DNA from: Saccharolobus solfataricus P2
Lineage (GTDB): Archaea > Thermoproteota > Thermoprotei_A > Sulfolobales > Sulfolobaceae
Reading direction: 5' to 3' (one strand)
Assembly: GCF_000007005.1 (NCBI RefSeq)
Contig: NC_002754.1
DNA length: 64,000 nucleotides
Made by a program: the position numbers and the translations under genes. The notes under the pieces were generated by a model, which was not told where the DNA came from, did no database searches, and worked only from the letters and a program-made list of their open reading frames with translations. Positions within the stretch are counted from its first letter, which is position 1. Each line of letters opens with the position of its first letter. This document shows positions 18,724 through 29,043 of this stretch, in pieces.

Positions 18724-20721
18724 GTGACATTTGACGACTTAAATAAGTTAATCAGAGAGAAACTTAGCGTAGAAACGTACCCTTATCAAAAGTACATCAG
18801 CGAAGAAATAGAGAAAAATCTGGACAGAAAGAGATTCATTATTATTTCAATGCCCACTGGTAGCGGGAAGACATTAATCGAACTATCCGTTGCCTATCAT
18901 TTGACTAATAAGGTTAGCAACATAATTGTATTAGAACCCACTAGGCTTCTCTGCGACCAGATGTACCATAGATTCTGGAGGGAGGTCTTTGATGATGATG
19001 TTGGTGTAGAGTATGAGGGAGATTGTGAGTCCTTTGAGAAAGGCAAGAAAATAGTAGTGTCAACCCCATTTACAACAGCCAAATGTCTAGATAGAGCAGA
19101 TGCAATAATAGTCGATGAAGTACATCATGCCTTTGGAGACGCGAGATATGAGGAAGTATTAGTAAATTTAGAGCCTAAATTCTTAATAGGCTTTACTGCC
19201 TTACTACCTTCTTATAAAAAGTATCTTATAGATCCCCGATTAATTAAGTTATTAGGTCAACCTGAGTATTTAGCGTATGATTTCAAGAGCCTCACTAAAA
19301 TAGATCCATCTTTTAAGCTTCCTAAGGCAATAGCTGATATTTTCGATTCAGAGTTTAATAACTTAGAGGATTCTGTCTACGAGGCCTTCTTCAAGGGACT
19401 AATAAAAGGAAATAAGGAAACGGTCAAGTTCTTAGAACTCACGTTCTACACTTATGGCAAAGAGGCTTTCTGCGAAAGTTATAGAAGATTGATTGGGAAA
19501 GTAGAGGAGAGTCCTTACATTGATTCCATTTGCGATTCAAAGGATTTAAGCCACAAAGCTAGAGCATTAAAGAGCGTCTTAAACATTTATAGGGTTGATG
19601 AATTTAAACCAGTACTAATATTTACCTCCAGGAAGTCAACAGCATATGAATTCGAAAGGGCTATTTCTGATCTGGGGAAGGTGAAAGTAATAACTGGAGA
19701 CTCACCTAGATATGAGAGGCTGAAAGTTGTACAAAATCTCAGAAAAGGGGAAATTGACGTTCTAATATCAACGATTGTGGGAGAGGAGGGTATTGATATA
19801 CCCGAAGCTAAATTATTAATAATGACAGACGTTCCTCAAAGCCCATTGAGGTTCTATCAACGATTGGGAAGGTTAATAAGAGGAAAGGAGAAAGAGGAAG
19901 GAGAATCAGCTATAAAATATTTGGTTGTGACGTTGACCCCAAAGACTTCAGAATACGATAATCTAGATGAGGCGTTAAGGAATCTTTACTTAGAGGGAGT
20001 TGATGTGAGCTACCTTATTGAAAAGAGGGAAGATAAGGGGCCAGTTGCTAGAGTAATAGATATTATTAACAAAAGTGGAGGGAGAGTCCTAATTAATCAG
20101 ATAGATGATACGAAAAAGAGAACTCTCTCGTTACTCTCACTCCTCGAATCAAATGAAAGTAGGTCTCACATAGACGAATACGTTGACAGAACACTGAGGG
20201 ATGGTAAAGCGTTATATTATTACGATGAAGAGATGATGGGAAAGATAATTAGCCAAGTCCTATTGGGGAGTTATTGTAACATAGGTTTTGGAGAGACTTA
20301 CATGAGGTTATGTAATAGTGAATATAAGAAAATTGGAGAGATTTTATGGAAGAAAAAAGGGAGTATAAAATTGGATAAGAAAAGTTCTCTTAGGCTTTTC
20401 ATGAAGTTATTTCTCTCCAGTAATTTGGATGAGGTAATTAACGAGTTAAGTAGAAGGAAAAGTGAGTACGAGAAGGAGTTGGAGGGAAAAGATTATAGTG
20501 TTAAAGTCACTATGGGCAAAATTTGGAACGGCCTTATGGCTCAAATCCTCATCTCAGCTAGTGTTGATTCAGTTACTGTGAATCCTAAAGTTCAAATAAA
20601 TTACTATGACCTCAAAGATGAAAAGCTAGCTAAATTAAATTCTCTTGTGATAGCCTATAATAGCTTGGTTAATTTTTATAAACTAACTTCTACTAGTAAT
20701 GGTAAGGTAAACTCCAAATAG
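18724..20721 (+). CDS. SF2 DEAD/DEAH-box helicase with long C-terminal extension
   Basis: MPTGSGKT, PTRLL, DEVH, FTA, EEGIDIP, QRLGRLIR. Confidence 0.88.
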   Translation: MTFDDLNKLIREKLSVETYPYQKYISEEIEKNLDRKRFIIISMPTGSGKTLIELSVAYHLTNKVSNIIVLEPTRLLCDQMYHRFWREVFDDDVGVEYEGDCESFEKGKKIVVSTPFTTAKCLDRADAIIVDEVHHAFGDARYEEVLVNLEPKFLIGFTALLPSYKKYLIDPRLIKLLGQPEYLAYDFKSLTKIDPSFKLPKAIADIFDSEFNNLEDSVYEAFFKGLIKGNKETVKFLELTFYTYGKEAFCESYRRLIGKVEESPYIDSICDSKDLSHKARALKSVLNIYRVDEFKPVLIFTSRKSTAYEFERAISDLGKVKVITGDSPRYERLKVVQNLRKGEIDVLISTIVGEEGIDIPEAKLLIMTDVPQSPLRFYQRLGRLIRGKEKEEGESAIKYLVVTLTPKTSEYDNLDEALRNLYLEGVDVSYLIEKREDKGPVARVIDIINKSGGRVLINQIDDTKKRTLSLLSLLESNESRSHIDEYVDRTLRDGKALYYYDEEMMGKIISQVLLGSYCNIGFGETYMRLCNSEYKKIGEILWKKKGSIKLDKKSSLRLFMKLFLSSNLDEVINELSRRKSEYEKELEGKDYSVKVTMGKIWNGLMAQILISASVDSVTVNPKVQINYYDLKDEKLAKLNSLVIAYNSLVNFYKLTSTSNGKVNSK

Positions 20722-21507
20722 TGTTATTAACGATCCAATTATTTGAGGTAGCGTAGGAGCTACACCCAATACTGCGAAACTAGTAATATAAGCCATCACT
20801 GGCACTAATAAAGATCCAGTACTGGCATAAACAGTTCCCAATTCCCTAACTCCATTAAACCAGAAGTAGAACCCAAGTATTTGTGCTAGGATTGCCAATA
20901 GTAAAAGTAAGGATAGTGTAACTAAACTAAATCTGAAATAATAGTCAATCGGAGTAAAGGCTAGAACTATGGGAAGTGAGGTTAAGGTCATGAATGCGTT
21001 AAGTTTTACAATATCTTCCTTAGCTAAATTTCTGGAATAATAAATGGTACCTCCAGCCCACAGTATCCCAGCCAGCAATCCGAAAACTAACCCAATGTTA
21101 AAAGATAAAGTTGCTGAAGATATCACTCCCACTACTCCTAAAAGTACGCCGACAATCCCTTTAGGTGTGATCTTATGTCCCAGTAATCTCTCAATTATTA
21201 GAACGAATATCGGCTGTGTATAAATCATTACTGCTACCAAACCCGGATCTGGAGATAATCCAATTCCTAGATTTATGAGGATTAGGAAGAACGCGAAATT
21301 CATTAAACCGTTTATGAATTGCTTTTTACCTACTGATAGTCCTCTACCTAATATTAAAAAGAAAATTGCTGCTATCCCAATTCTAAATGCACTAATAATC
21401 ATGGGAGATGCCGAGTATGCAATTATTTTAGTTAAGGGGAAGGCAAATCCCCAGAACAATGATAATGGAACTATCCATCTAAGGAACGAGATTGTGGTTC
21501 TCTGCAT
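20683..21507 (-). CDS. DMT/EamA family transporter
   Basis: 10 TM, LFWG, YTQPIFV, QIIG repeats. Confidence 0.88.
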   Translation of the reverse strand: MQRTTISFLRWIVPLSLFWGFAFPLTKIIAYSASPMIISAFRIGIAAIFFLILGRGLSVGKKQFINGLMNFAFFLILINLGIGLSPDPGLVAVMIYTQPIFVLIIERLLGHKITPKGIVGVLLGVVGVISSATLSFNIGLVFGLLAGILWAGGTIYYSRNLAKEDIVKLNAFMTLTSLPIVLAFTPIDYYFRFSLVTLSLLLLLAILAQILGFYFWFNGVRELGTVYASTGSLLVPVMAYITSFAVLGVAPTLPQIIGSLITLFGVYLTITSRS

Positions 21508-21923
21508 GTGGTAAAACAGAAAAGATTTAAAGATTAAAAAACTGAAGTCTCAATTTGCTTTTTGAAATTAATGATTTTTCATAAAGAGTTAATAGATGCC
21601 ATTTTAAAACTAAATTGCAGACCTTTGGGGTTAAAAGAAAGAGAGGTAATAATCCCAATTTGGTGGAAAAATCTAATAGATTAGTAAAGCAGTCGATTTC
21701 ATTTATAATAACATGTGATAGATAGATTGTTGCAGTGATAATGAGGGCGGAACTGCTCCACCTTTTCAGCAGAATAAGAAATGAATAAAGAATCGATGCT
21801 TTGCTATTTTATAGGATAGGCTAATTTATATGGTATATACTACTTTTAAAAAAGAAATGTATAACATTTATTGCTAGCTAACTTTATAAACTTATAATGA
21901 GATATAGTTTATGATGATAAATT

Positions 21924-22445
21924 ATGGCGCAAGTCACGATAGAACAAACCCAGAAGTTTCTTCCCATGCTTAGAGTAACGTTAGGATTAATGTTCTTCTC
22001 AGCCTTCATTAGAAGAGCTATCAACGTACCGGCAAAACTTGACCCAAACAGTAGTGCCTACGTAGGAGGAAAATTAATAACGTTTTTGCCACATGCTTGG
22101 TCTCCAATAAAGGGAATGCTAGAAAGCATTCTGTTAAACCCTAGCTTACTCTACGACTTTATAATACTATTTACCGCAATAGAAGCGATTTTCGGACTTT
22201 TCATGATAATAGGATTTTTGACTAGATTATCCGGGCTCGTACTAGCCGGAATGGCTTGGGGAATTGGTTTAGCTGCTGGTTGGTTAGGTTCAACTTGTGT
22301 TGATGAATGGCAAATAGCCTCAGTAGAAGGTGCTGCAGCATTCATGTTCGTCTTCACTGGAAGTAGATGGCTTTCAATTGACTATATCTTAGCTAAAAAG
22401 TCGAAGGGAATCAAGATTGGTAAATACTACATACCCTTGTGGTGA
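21924..22445 (+). CDS. doxD: Thiosulfate:quinone oxidoreductase subunit DoxD
   Basis: [27 protein letters not shown]; upstream of doxA. Confidence 0.85.
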   Translation: MAQVTIEQTQKFLPMLRVTLGLMFFSAFIRRAINVPAKLDPNSSAYVGGKLITFLPHAWSPIKGMLESILLNPSLLYDFIILFTAIEAIFGLFMIIGFLTRLSGLVLAGMAWGIGLAAGWLGSTCVDEWQIASVEGAAAFMFVFTGSRWLSIDYILAKKSKGIKIGKYYIPLW

Positions 22446-22451
22446 TAAAGG

Positions 22452-22973
22452 ATGAACGGCAAGATTATAACACTAGTTGCAATTATTATGATAATATTTA
22501 CTACCGGAGTTACATTAGGACTATATCAGATAAACTTTCAAGGACTAGGAAATTTGACCAACTACTCTAAAACTCCAGCCTATTCTCTAGTAGGTACTAG
22601 ATTATACGAAAATGGTACATTGTTCCTACAAGTTGCTAGGACTGCCGGTCCAGATACTTATGGTGGTTTCGTAGTATTAGTCCAACTTCTATATTCCAAC
22701 GGTACGGTATTGTACCAATGGACTGGCCAACAACTAGGTATGTTATCAAGCAATAATATAAAGAACGAATTCCCTTTACATCCATCTAAGCCGATCAAAA
22801 TAGAAAATTATGGTGTTGGAATAGAAGTACCATTGGGGCAAAATTCTACAATAATCTTACAATTGCCTCACCCAATACCATCAGGGACTTATATTATAAA
22901 AGTTTGGGATGCTGATGGACAGTCAACGGCGTATGGGAATAAGTTCCAGATTACTGTAAAGGTAGATTCATAG
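22452..22973 (+). CDS. doxA: Thiosulfate:quinone oxidoreductase subunit DoxA
   Basis: N-terminal TM; [11 protein letters not shown]; follows doxD. Confidence 0.82.
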   Translation: MNGKIITLVAIIMIIFTTGVTLGLYQINFQGLGNLTNYSKTPAYSLVGTRLYENGTLFLQVARTAGPDTYGGFVVLVQLLYSNGTVLYQWTGQQLGMLSSNNIKNEFPLHPSKPIKIENYGVGIEVPLGQNSTIILQLPHPIPSGTYIIKVWDADGQSTAYGNKFQITVKVDS

Positions 22974-23040
22974 CAAATTACTTTTTCTCTCTTTCCCCTC
23001 TTTTCCATTAATTTTAAATAGTTAGGTCCCATTATTTACT

Positions 23041-23220
23041 ATAGTAAGAGTAGGAGATGCATTATTTAAGCTAATGAATGAGATAGAAATTAGACAAATA
23101 TTTGGAAATCCCGGTACCACGCAGCTCAACTTTCTAAAATATATGCCAAAGAATTTAAACTATTATCTGGCACTACAAGATGGAATTTCAATAGGAATGG
23201 CTGAGGGCTATTACTTGGGG
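23041..23220 (+). pseudogene. N-terminal fragment of a TPP-dependent decarboxylase (benzoylformate decarboxylase-like)
   Basis: VGDALFKLM...IFGNPGTTQLNFL...LALQDGISIGMAEGYY, ending at the IS607-type end. Confidence 0.8.
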
Positions 23221-23878
23221 TTTGGATTTCATAGGATTTCATGATATTTAATATCAATCCTCAGCCCTTAAGCTTCACCAGAGTCACGGACGTTCATCCC
23301 TCTCCTCCCCATTAGCGGATGAGATTAGGTCTTCAACTAGTTCTTCTGATGTCTTGTCCTCCTTGTTTAGCGCAACTATTTCGTAGTTATGTACTTTAGA
23401 AACCTCCTTAAGTATTTCAAGACCAAATCTAACTAGTCTGTCTGGGTGTGCTATTATTACTCGTGATACTTCGTTGTTTAATATCATTTTCAGAAGCTTT
23501 AGGAATCCCTTATCTTTTCATATTCAACGCGGAACCTACGTCTATAATTACTAGGTCGTATTCTTTCACTTGTTCCTCTAAATACTTTACTTGGTTCACT
23601 AGCTCATCTTTCTGTGTGCTCGATGGTACTCTAGCGTAGAGTACTATTTTTCTCCTTCTCACTATTCCCATTAATTTTTCAACGTCTTCTTCTCTGAATC
23701 TCCACTTTCCATTCTGTAATATGACCGGTTTTATGTATCCTTTGTTCACATACTCCCTAAGTGTTGCATAGGATATGGCTAGTCTTAAGCATACTTCCTT
23801 TGGCCTTTAGAATTGTATAAAAATTTTTGACGAAATGATATAAACCTTATGATTTATCTGAAATTGTTGACCACGCCC
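23217..23878 (-). mobile_element. Internally deleted ISC1904-like IS607 element (broken tnpA fused to the tnpB 3' tip)
   Basis: PKEVCLRLAISYATLREY...LYARV...DRLVRFG...ELVEDLIS with frameshifts, then RDSGEA*GLRIDIKYHEIL*. Confidence 0.8.
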
Positions 23879-23879
23879 A

Positions 23880-24030
23880 TCAAAGTCCAAATACCAAGGA
23901 ATGTGACTAGATAAAGGTAGAGTGCCTCTTCAGCTAATATTGATGCTATATCGTAAAAACCATGTTCAAAATCAAGTTTAGATGCTTGTAAGTGTTCTAT
24001 TACCTACTTTGCTGAGATTTCTCATTATTT
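23880..24030 (-). pseudogene. HEPN-domain fragment
   Basis: EHLQASKLDFEHGFYDIASILAEEALYLYL, the first two HEPN helices. Confidence 0.6.
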
Positions 24031-24315
24031 TTATTTTCTTCCCTTCCTATTTATAACTGTGAGCGGAAATAGAGTCAGATTGTTTAAAAGGAGAGCATTA
24101 CGCTTTTTAGATGAAGCTAAAAGAGATCTTAATGAAGGATATTACGATATAGGCTCATTTCATGTAGAGCAAGCATTACAACTATACATTAAGGCCGTAA
24201 TTTTCGAACTTTTCGGAAAAGAATATGAAGGGCATGGAATAAGGGAACTTCTTGGCTACCTCTCAAAGCTACTTAAGGAAAATGAATATGAGGAGTTAGC
24301 AAAAAAGGTAAACGA

Positions 24316-25543
24316 GAGAGTGTCCGGAATGTAATTATCTGAACGAATAGATAAACAGAATGATAAATATTAATATTGCCAGAAGGGTAGGACCTGGATC
24401 ACCGAGAAAAACTTTATAATGGAAAAATATCAAGACGAGAGGATTTACCTATCGCGCATAGCGTTGCTTGATCGCGAGGAGGCGCGTCTCAGAGCTGAAC
24501 GGCTCTACGTCCTGGAGGAGTCCTCCGTTGGATCGCGAGGAACATCTTGATGTTGTAGATCACTCCCAGGACGTGAAGGAAGACGTCGTTCCTCCAGGTC
24601 GTGGTCCCGTAGGGCCTCCAGAACGCGTTCAGGTAGGTGCCGAAGAACTCCACGTGGGCCCTCAGGGTAGTGAAGGGCTTCTCCCGCGCTATGAGCTGTG
24701 TCGGGGAGGGAGAGAATCCCCTGTCCGCGATCTTAATCCCCTTGAGCGGTGACTTGAACCTCTTGTCCGAGAAGTTGGCCGGCTTCACCGTGATGGACCT
24801 CACGAAGAGGGAGACGGAGATCACGGCTATGGCCTTGAGCCCGTAGTGCGAGACCCCTCTCTTCTTGGTCCACCTTCCCTCGAACCTCCTCTTGGTTCTC
24901 CCCAGGGAGAGCAGCTTCCTGGCCCTCTCCAGGTTACCTTCCCTCCTCTCCAGCTCCGCCTTCTCCCGAAAGGTCTCCACGCTCCTCTTCCCAGGAGGTA
25001 AGTCCAGTAGGAAGGAGTCCACTAGCCACGCCATGAAGTCCACGAGATGCGCGCTCGCAGGGAGGTAACTGGGTAGGCACTTCTCCTCAAGCTTGAAGGA
25101 AATCTCCAACAACTTCTTCCTCACCCCGTACAACCTGCCCACGAAGTCGTGCAGCGTGCTCTTCCCCACCTTCCTCCCCACGAACCAGGCCACGACCACG
25201 TTCACGTTAACCATTTTCACCGCGTCCCTATAGGAGCAAGAGTAGAGCACCATGACGATTAACAACTTCAAGTAAACCAGCGCGCCCTCGCCCAGAACCC
25301 TCTCCAAATCCATGGCGTCCAGCACGGGCTTGATCTCCGTTAACCATTTTTCCCTCCACGGCATATCCTCTATTGGGGGAAGAGGGTAGTACATCAGGTT
25401 TGGTATGTGTCTTAATGTTCTTGCCATGGTACTACCCTCTACTCCCATAACTTAAGTGTTACTCCAATTTAATCCAAGATAATGCTAAAAACCAATTTAT
25501 TCTTGCCAATAAAAATTCAATTTTTTACATTCCGGACACTCTC
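24316..25543 (-). mobile_element. IS5-family element (ISC1234-like), 1228 bp, copy 2
   Basis: Same 19-bp TIR as copy 1; 4-bp target duplication ACGA (24312-24315 and 25544-25547). Confidence 0.92.
24489..25448 (-). CDS. DDE transposase
   Basis: 319 aa; differs from copy 1 at only a few residues. Confidence 0.88.
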   Translation of the reverse strand: MGVEGSTMARTLRHIPNLMYYPLPPIEDMPWREKWLTEIKPVLDAMDLERVLGEGALVYLKLLIVMVLYSCSYRDAVKMVNVNVVVAWFVGRKVGKSTLHDFVGRLYGVRKKLLEISFKLEEKCLPSYLPASAHLVDFMAWLVDSFLLDLPPGKRSVETFREKAELERREGNLERARKLLSLGRTKRRFEGRWTKKRGVSHYGLKAIAVISVSLFVRSITVKPANFSDKRFKSPLKGIKIADRGFSPSPTQLIAREKPFTTLRAHVEFFGTYLNAFWRPYGTTTWRNDVFLHVLGVIYNIKMFLAIQRRTPPGRRAVQL

Positions 25544-25693
25544 ACGAGTTAGTCCACAATTACAGACTAATAGATATTGAAACTGCTTATATAGATTCTA
25601 GATACGGTAATTTAGAATATGAAAGTGAAGACTTGAAATCACTAATTCAAGTTGCAGAGAATGTAATAAAATCACTAGAGGAGGTTGTAAAAG

Positions 25694-26038
25694 TTGTCAA
25701 GTTGGGTTAAGTTTAGGTTTTCTCACTTAAGGAGATGGAGAGAATACGCCGAAAAAATAGCAAAAGCCACTGCAGATTTAGAACCAGACTCAGAAGTTTA
25801 TGTAATAGGTGGTGTTGCAGAAGATAGAATAACGGTTTTAAGCGATATTGATATACTAATACTAATAAAAAGAATAATCGATAGCAAAGAGAAAAAGAAG
25901 TTACGAGAGGTAATTCTTTTAAGGGCTATGGACTTCTATGGTTTGCCCTTTGATGCACCAGTTGAAATTCATATAGAAGATGAAGAGGGAGCTAAAAGAT
26001 TTTTTGAGTTATCAAAGAAAGTGATAAAAATAATGTGA
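25694..26038 (+). CDS. Minimal nucleotidyltransferase (MNT) antitoxin
   Basis: VYVIGGVAE...SDIDILI...VEIH; overlaps the HEPN stop. Confidence 0.85.
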   Translation: MSSWVKFRFSHLRRWREYAEKIAKATADLEPDSEVYVIGGVAEDRITVLSDIDILILIKRIIDSKEKKKLREVILLRAMDFYGLPFDAPVEIHIEDEEGAKRFFELSKKVIKIM

Positions 26039-26447
26039 AAATCGCCTTACGAAAAATTACCAACCTTAGTTCTTAATCTTCTTATGCTAATTTTTTGTGA
26101 AAGATGACCTTCTGTAGACAATGTGAACTACTCTACGGGCGATTCAGGTCTCCTTTGCGAATTGTAATTTACAAATAATGTAGTTGTAAAAATGTTAGCA
26201 TTGATAATTGTGTTTCTCTGCCAGTTAGTCGCCTTCATTTAGTTAATTTCGTAACAACCTTTGAAATAAAGTGAATTCACAATGGATAGTTGAATCTCCC
26301 ATTAAATTTTTACTTGATAACTTTTCTTCTTTTTACTATTCAATTTTCAATGGAAAAAGATTTAATTGTTCAAAGATTATAACCACGAATTAATTGATTT
26401 CATGTTCCCATAAAATTTATTATGGCGAGAAAAGGTAACAATTTAAT

Positions 26448-27320
26448 ATGAATTTAAACAGTCACATACTACTAGCCTTGGCGTTTGGCTTAATTTTATT
26501 TCACAATGATATAGCCTTAGCTGTATTAGTAGGGATAGGAGCAGCGATACCTGACTTAGATAGGGAATACGTGTTCACTAAGAGGAAAATATTTGCTAAA
26601 TATCAGTTACACAGAGCTCTCTTCCACAATATCTTTTTCGCATTAGCAGTAACTTATTTCAACCTATACTTAGGATTGGGAATATTTCTTCATATAGCCT
26701 TGGATCTACTCACCTCACCTACAGATAGGGGTGTAGAATTATTTTTCCCTTTAGGTAGACTTGTTAAGAACTTTGAGCTGGACTATGATGGAAACATAAG
26801 GCAAAGTAAAGGGATGATGTGGTATCTCGAAGACCCCGTGAGAATTATAAATAAGACAGCCGACCCTGGATTGAAAGTCGTTGTCAAAATGCCTTGGATA
26901 AGAATTTATGGTCCTTTTAAAAACAGTAGACTAGTTGATTGGATGATATTTTATTCCTCCTTTATTTTCATTCAATTGTATGAATTGAATAATCTAATTA
27001 CATGGTGGGAGACGTTTCTATACACCGTTTTCGTAAAGTATGTTTTTATTGATATTGGAATAGTGCTGTTTTACGCTACGGGAGAATTGTGGAGGAGGAG
27101 ATTACAGTTTCGGAATCTTAACAATAAGATGAAATATGTAATCATTGGAGTGATGACTTTCGGTCTATCACTCATTATATTTCAAGGTTTATATCTATAT
27201 TCACCAATGAAGCCTATAATAAACCTTAATACATCATTGCTTATAATTGTCTCAATGCTTATCGGTCTATCTTTAGCCTATATCCATGTAAGAATTAGAT
27301 TCAAAAAAATTACGTTATGA
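26448..27320 (+). CDS. Membrane-bound metal-dependent hydrolase (YdjM-like)
   Basis: SH, IPDLD, HRALFH, HIALD, LFFP. Confidence 0.8.
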   Translation: MNLNSHILLALAFGLILFHNDIALAVLVGIGAAIPDLDREYVFTKRKIFAKYQLHRALFHNIFFALAVTYFNLYLGLGIFLHIALDLLTSPTDRGVELFFPLGRLVKNFELDYDGNIRQSKGMMWYLEDPVRIINKTADPGLKVVVKMPWIRIYGPFKNSRLVDWMIFYSSFIFIQLYELNNLITWWETFLYTVFVKYVFIDIGIVLFYATGELWRRRLQFRNLNNKMKYVIIGVMTFGLSLIIFQGLYLYSPMKPIINLNTSLLIIVSMLIGLSLAYIHVRIRFKKITL

Positions 27321-27326
27321 TTTTTA

Positions 27327-28997
27327 TCATCTTCTTCGCCTCAATACCAATATGGCAATTGCTACTACTGCTATTACTATTACTGCCACTATACCCATTA
27401 GTTCAGTATTGATGGATAATATTAAGGTCTCAACTATTGGCCCATTTACCGTTATAATGCTCCCTGGTGTTACGTTATAAGTCCCCGTAAATATGCCCTT
27501 TTCGTAAAAGGGAACGTTAGCACTTAATTGAATGGAGGAACCCGCGTTAATCCATACACTTCCATTCACTCTTTCACCATTTAAATATACGGGTAGATTG
27601 GAGTCTACTAAAACCCGATATTGTTTTATTGTGCTTAAGGTTATGTTTAAAGGTAGACTAACGTTGAATGACGATGACGGTAAAATTGATGATATTATGT
27701 ACCTCTCATTGCTACCGTTGTAATATGTATAATTGAGTATGCTGATTTGAGTGCCTTGAGCAAACCAATCTGTACTGTTCAAAGTTATTTGTTTACCATT
27801 CACATTGGCAATAACTGGAATTTGTGAGTTTACTTTCACCAGATAGTAATATGTATAATTGGGAATAATATTCAAAACCTTAAACCAACTAACGTTAGGT
27901 TCTATTAGGCTGGGATAGTTTCCATTAAGCACTGCAAATGACGATGAGTTAATTGAATAGTTCTTAAAGAATCCTAATTTAATTTGGGTGGTAACGTAGC
28001 CGGAGAATGCATGTGAAAGGCTTTTATTTAGTAGAAATGGTATTTTGCTACTAATGTTTAAGTATAGGAAACTTGGATATGAAGGGTTAAATTTTGTAGT
28101 CAATAGACCAGGGTTCTGTCTGCCTATTGTAACGTAAGCATCACCGTTTTTACCTATCAAAACTTGCAAATTATTAGTGGATTCTGCGGTATCACTTCCG
28201 TAATTGTATACTTGTGAAAATGGAACCCATTCGCCACTTTTCATATAGAGTAATGCTAAGTAAGAAGACATGTTTAAGAAAGTTGTGCTTTCACCATTCC
28301 CAAATCCTCCCCATACTAACTCAGCATCTAAATAATTTCCCAGATATGTAACAATACCAAAATTCGCGCTGGGGGTGGTTTGATTAGCTATTATAATTGA
28401 AGCAAATGATAAATTTTGAATTGGAATGAAGACCGTATCGTAAAATATTGGGTTAGGTGGACTTATATTTCCGTTTTGAAGAATAACATAACCGAAACTA
28501 ACATATACTCCTTGAGTATCATAGCTCTCATTTATTATAAGGTAGAACGAAAAGGGGAAATTATATTTAATATAATAAGTCCCATAAGCGTAGTATGAGG
28601 AATGAGAGAAAAAGTCTGAAGTAGAGTATATTTCACCTTTGCCAACTATATTGTTTATTCCAGCAAAGGGAGTAGTCGAGTTCCAAATATTGTCGCCAAA
28701 GAATACCTTACTCTCATTTGTAATGAAATCAGCTACATTTTGTAACCAGAAATAGTATTCTCCACCGCTAGTATTTACTTCTAACATAACGTTTAATTGA
28801 AGCGAAGCGCCATAAGGCGGAACTCCAAGCTGTGATGCAGAAGTGTTATAAGCCAACAGCGATGATATATTTGCATAACCTAGTACTTCATTTGTACATA
28901 TAGGACCATTATAAGCTACTACTCCAGTTGGAAATGAAATGGCAACTAACGGTGTTAATAAGAGCAAAAGAAGGACTAACACTATATGCTTTAGCAC
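27327..28997 (-). CDS. Thermopsin-family acid protease precursor (peptidase A5)
   Basis: PTGV, ASLQLNV...FWLQNV, DAELVWGGFGNG, SDTAES; signal peptide and C-terminal TM. Confidence 0.9.
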   Translation of the reverse strand: MLKHIVLVLLLLLLTPLVAISFPTGVVAYNGPICTNEVLGYANISSLLAYNTSASQLGVPPYGASLQLNVMLEVNTSGGEYYFWLQNVADFITNESKVFFGDNIWNSTTPFAGINNIVGKGEIYSTSDFFSHSSYYAYGTYYIKYNFPFSFYLIINESYDTQGVYVSFGYVILQNGNISPPNPIFYDTVFIPIQNLSFASIIIANQTTPSANFGIVTYLGNYLDAELVWGGFGNGESTTFLNMSSYLALLYMKSGEWVPFSQVYNYGSDTAESTNNLQVLIGKNGDAYVTIGRQNPGLLTTKFNPSYPSFLYLNISSKIPFLLNKSLSHAFSGYVTTQIKLGFFKNYSINSSSFAVLNGNYPSLIEPNVSWFKVLNIIPNYTYYYLVKVNSQIPVIANVNGKQITLNSTDWFAQGTQISILNYTYYNGSNERYIISSILPSSSFNVSLPLNITLSTIKQYRVLVDSNLPVYLNGERVNGSVWINAGSSIQLSANVPFYEKGIFTGTYNVTPGSIITVNGPIVETLILSINTELMGIVAVIVIAVVAIAILVLRRRR

Positions 28998-29043
28998 GAA
29001 AGGGAAAATGAATTTTTAAAAATAAAAACGTTTTCCTAAATTG

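Larger units (their letters stand above)
24059..25710 (+). pseudogene. HEPN toxin gene interrupted by IS
   Basis: GYYDIGSFHVEQALQLYIKA...GHGIRELL; removing the IS and one ACGA gives ...KKVNELVHNYRLIDIETAYIDSRYG...VVKLG*. Confidence 0.88.

Noticed and set aside
11936-25543. Inversion between the two oppositely oriented 1228-bp IS copies
   Set aside because: Copy 2 keeps its own ACGA duplication and both HEPN halves, so no inversion used it.
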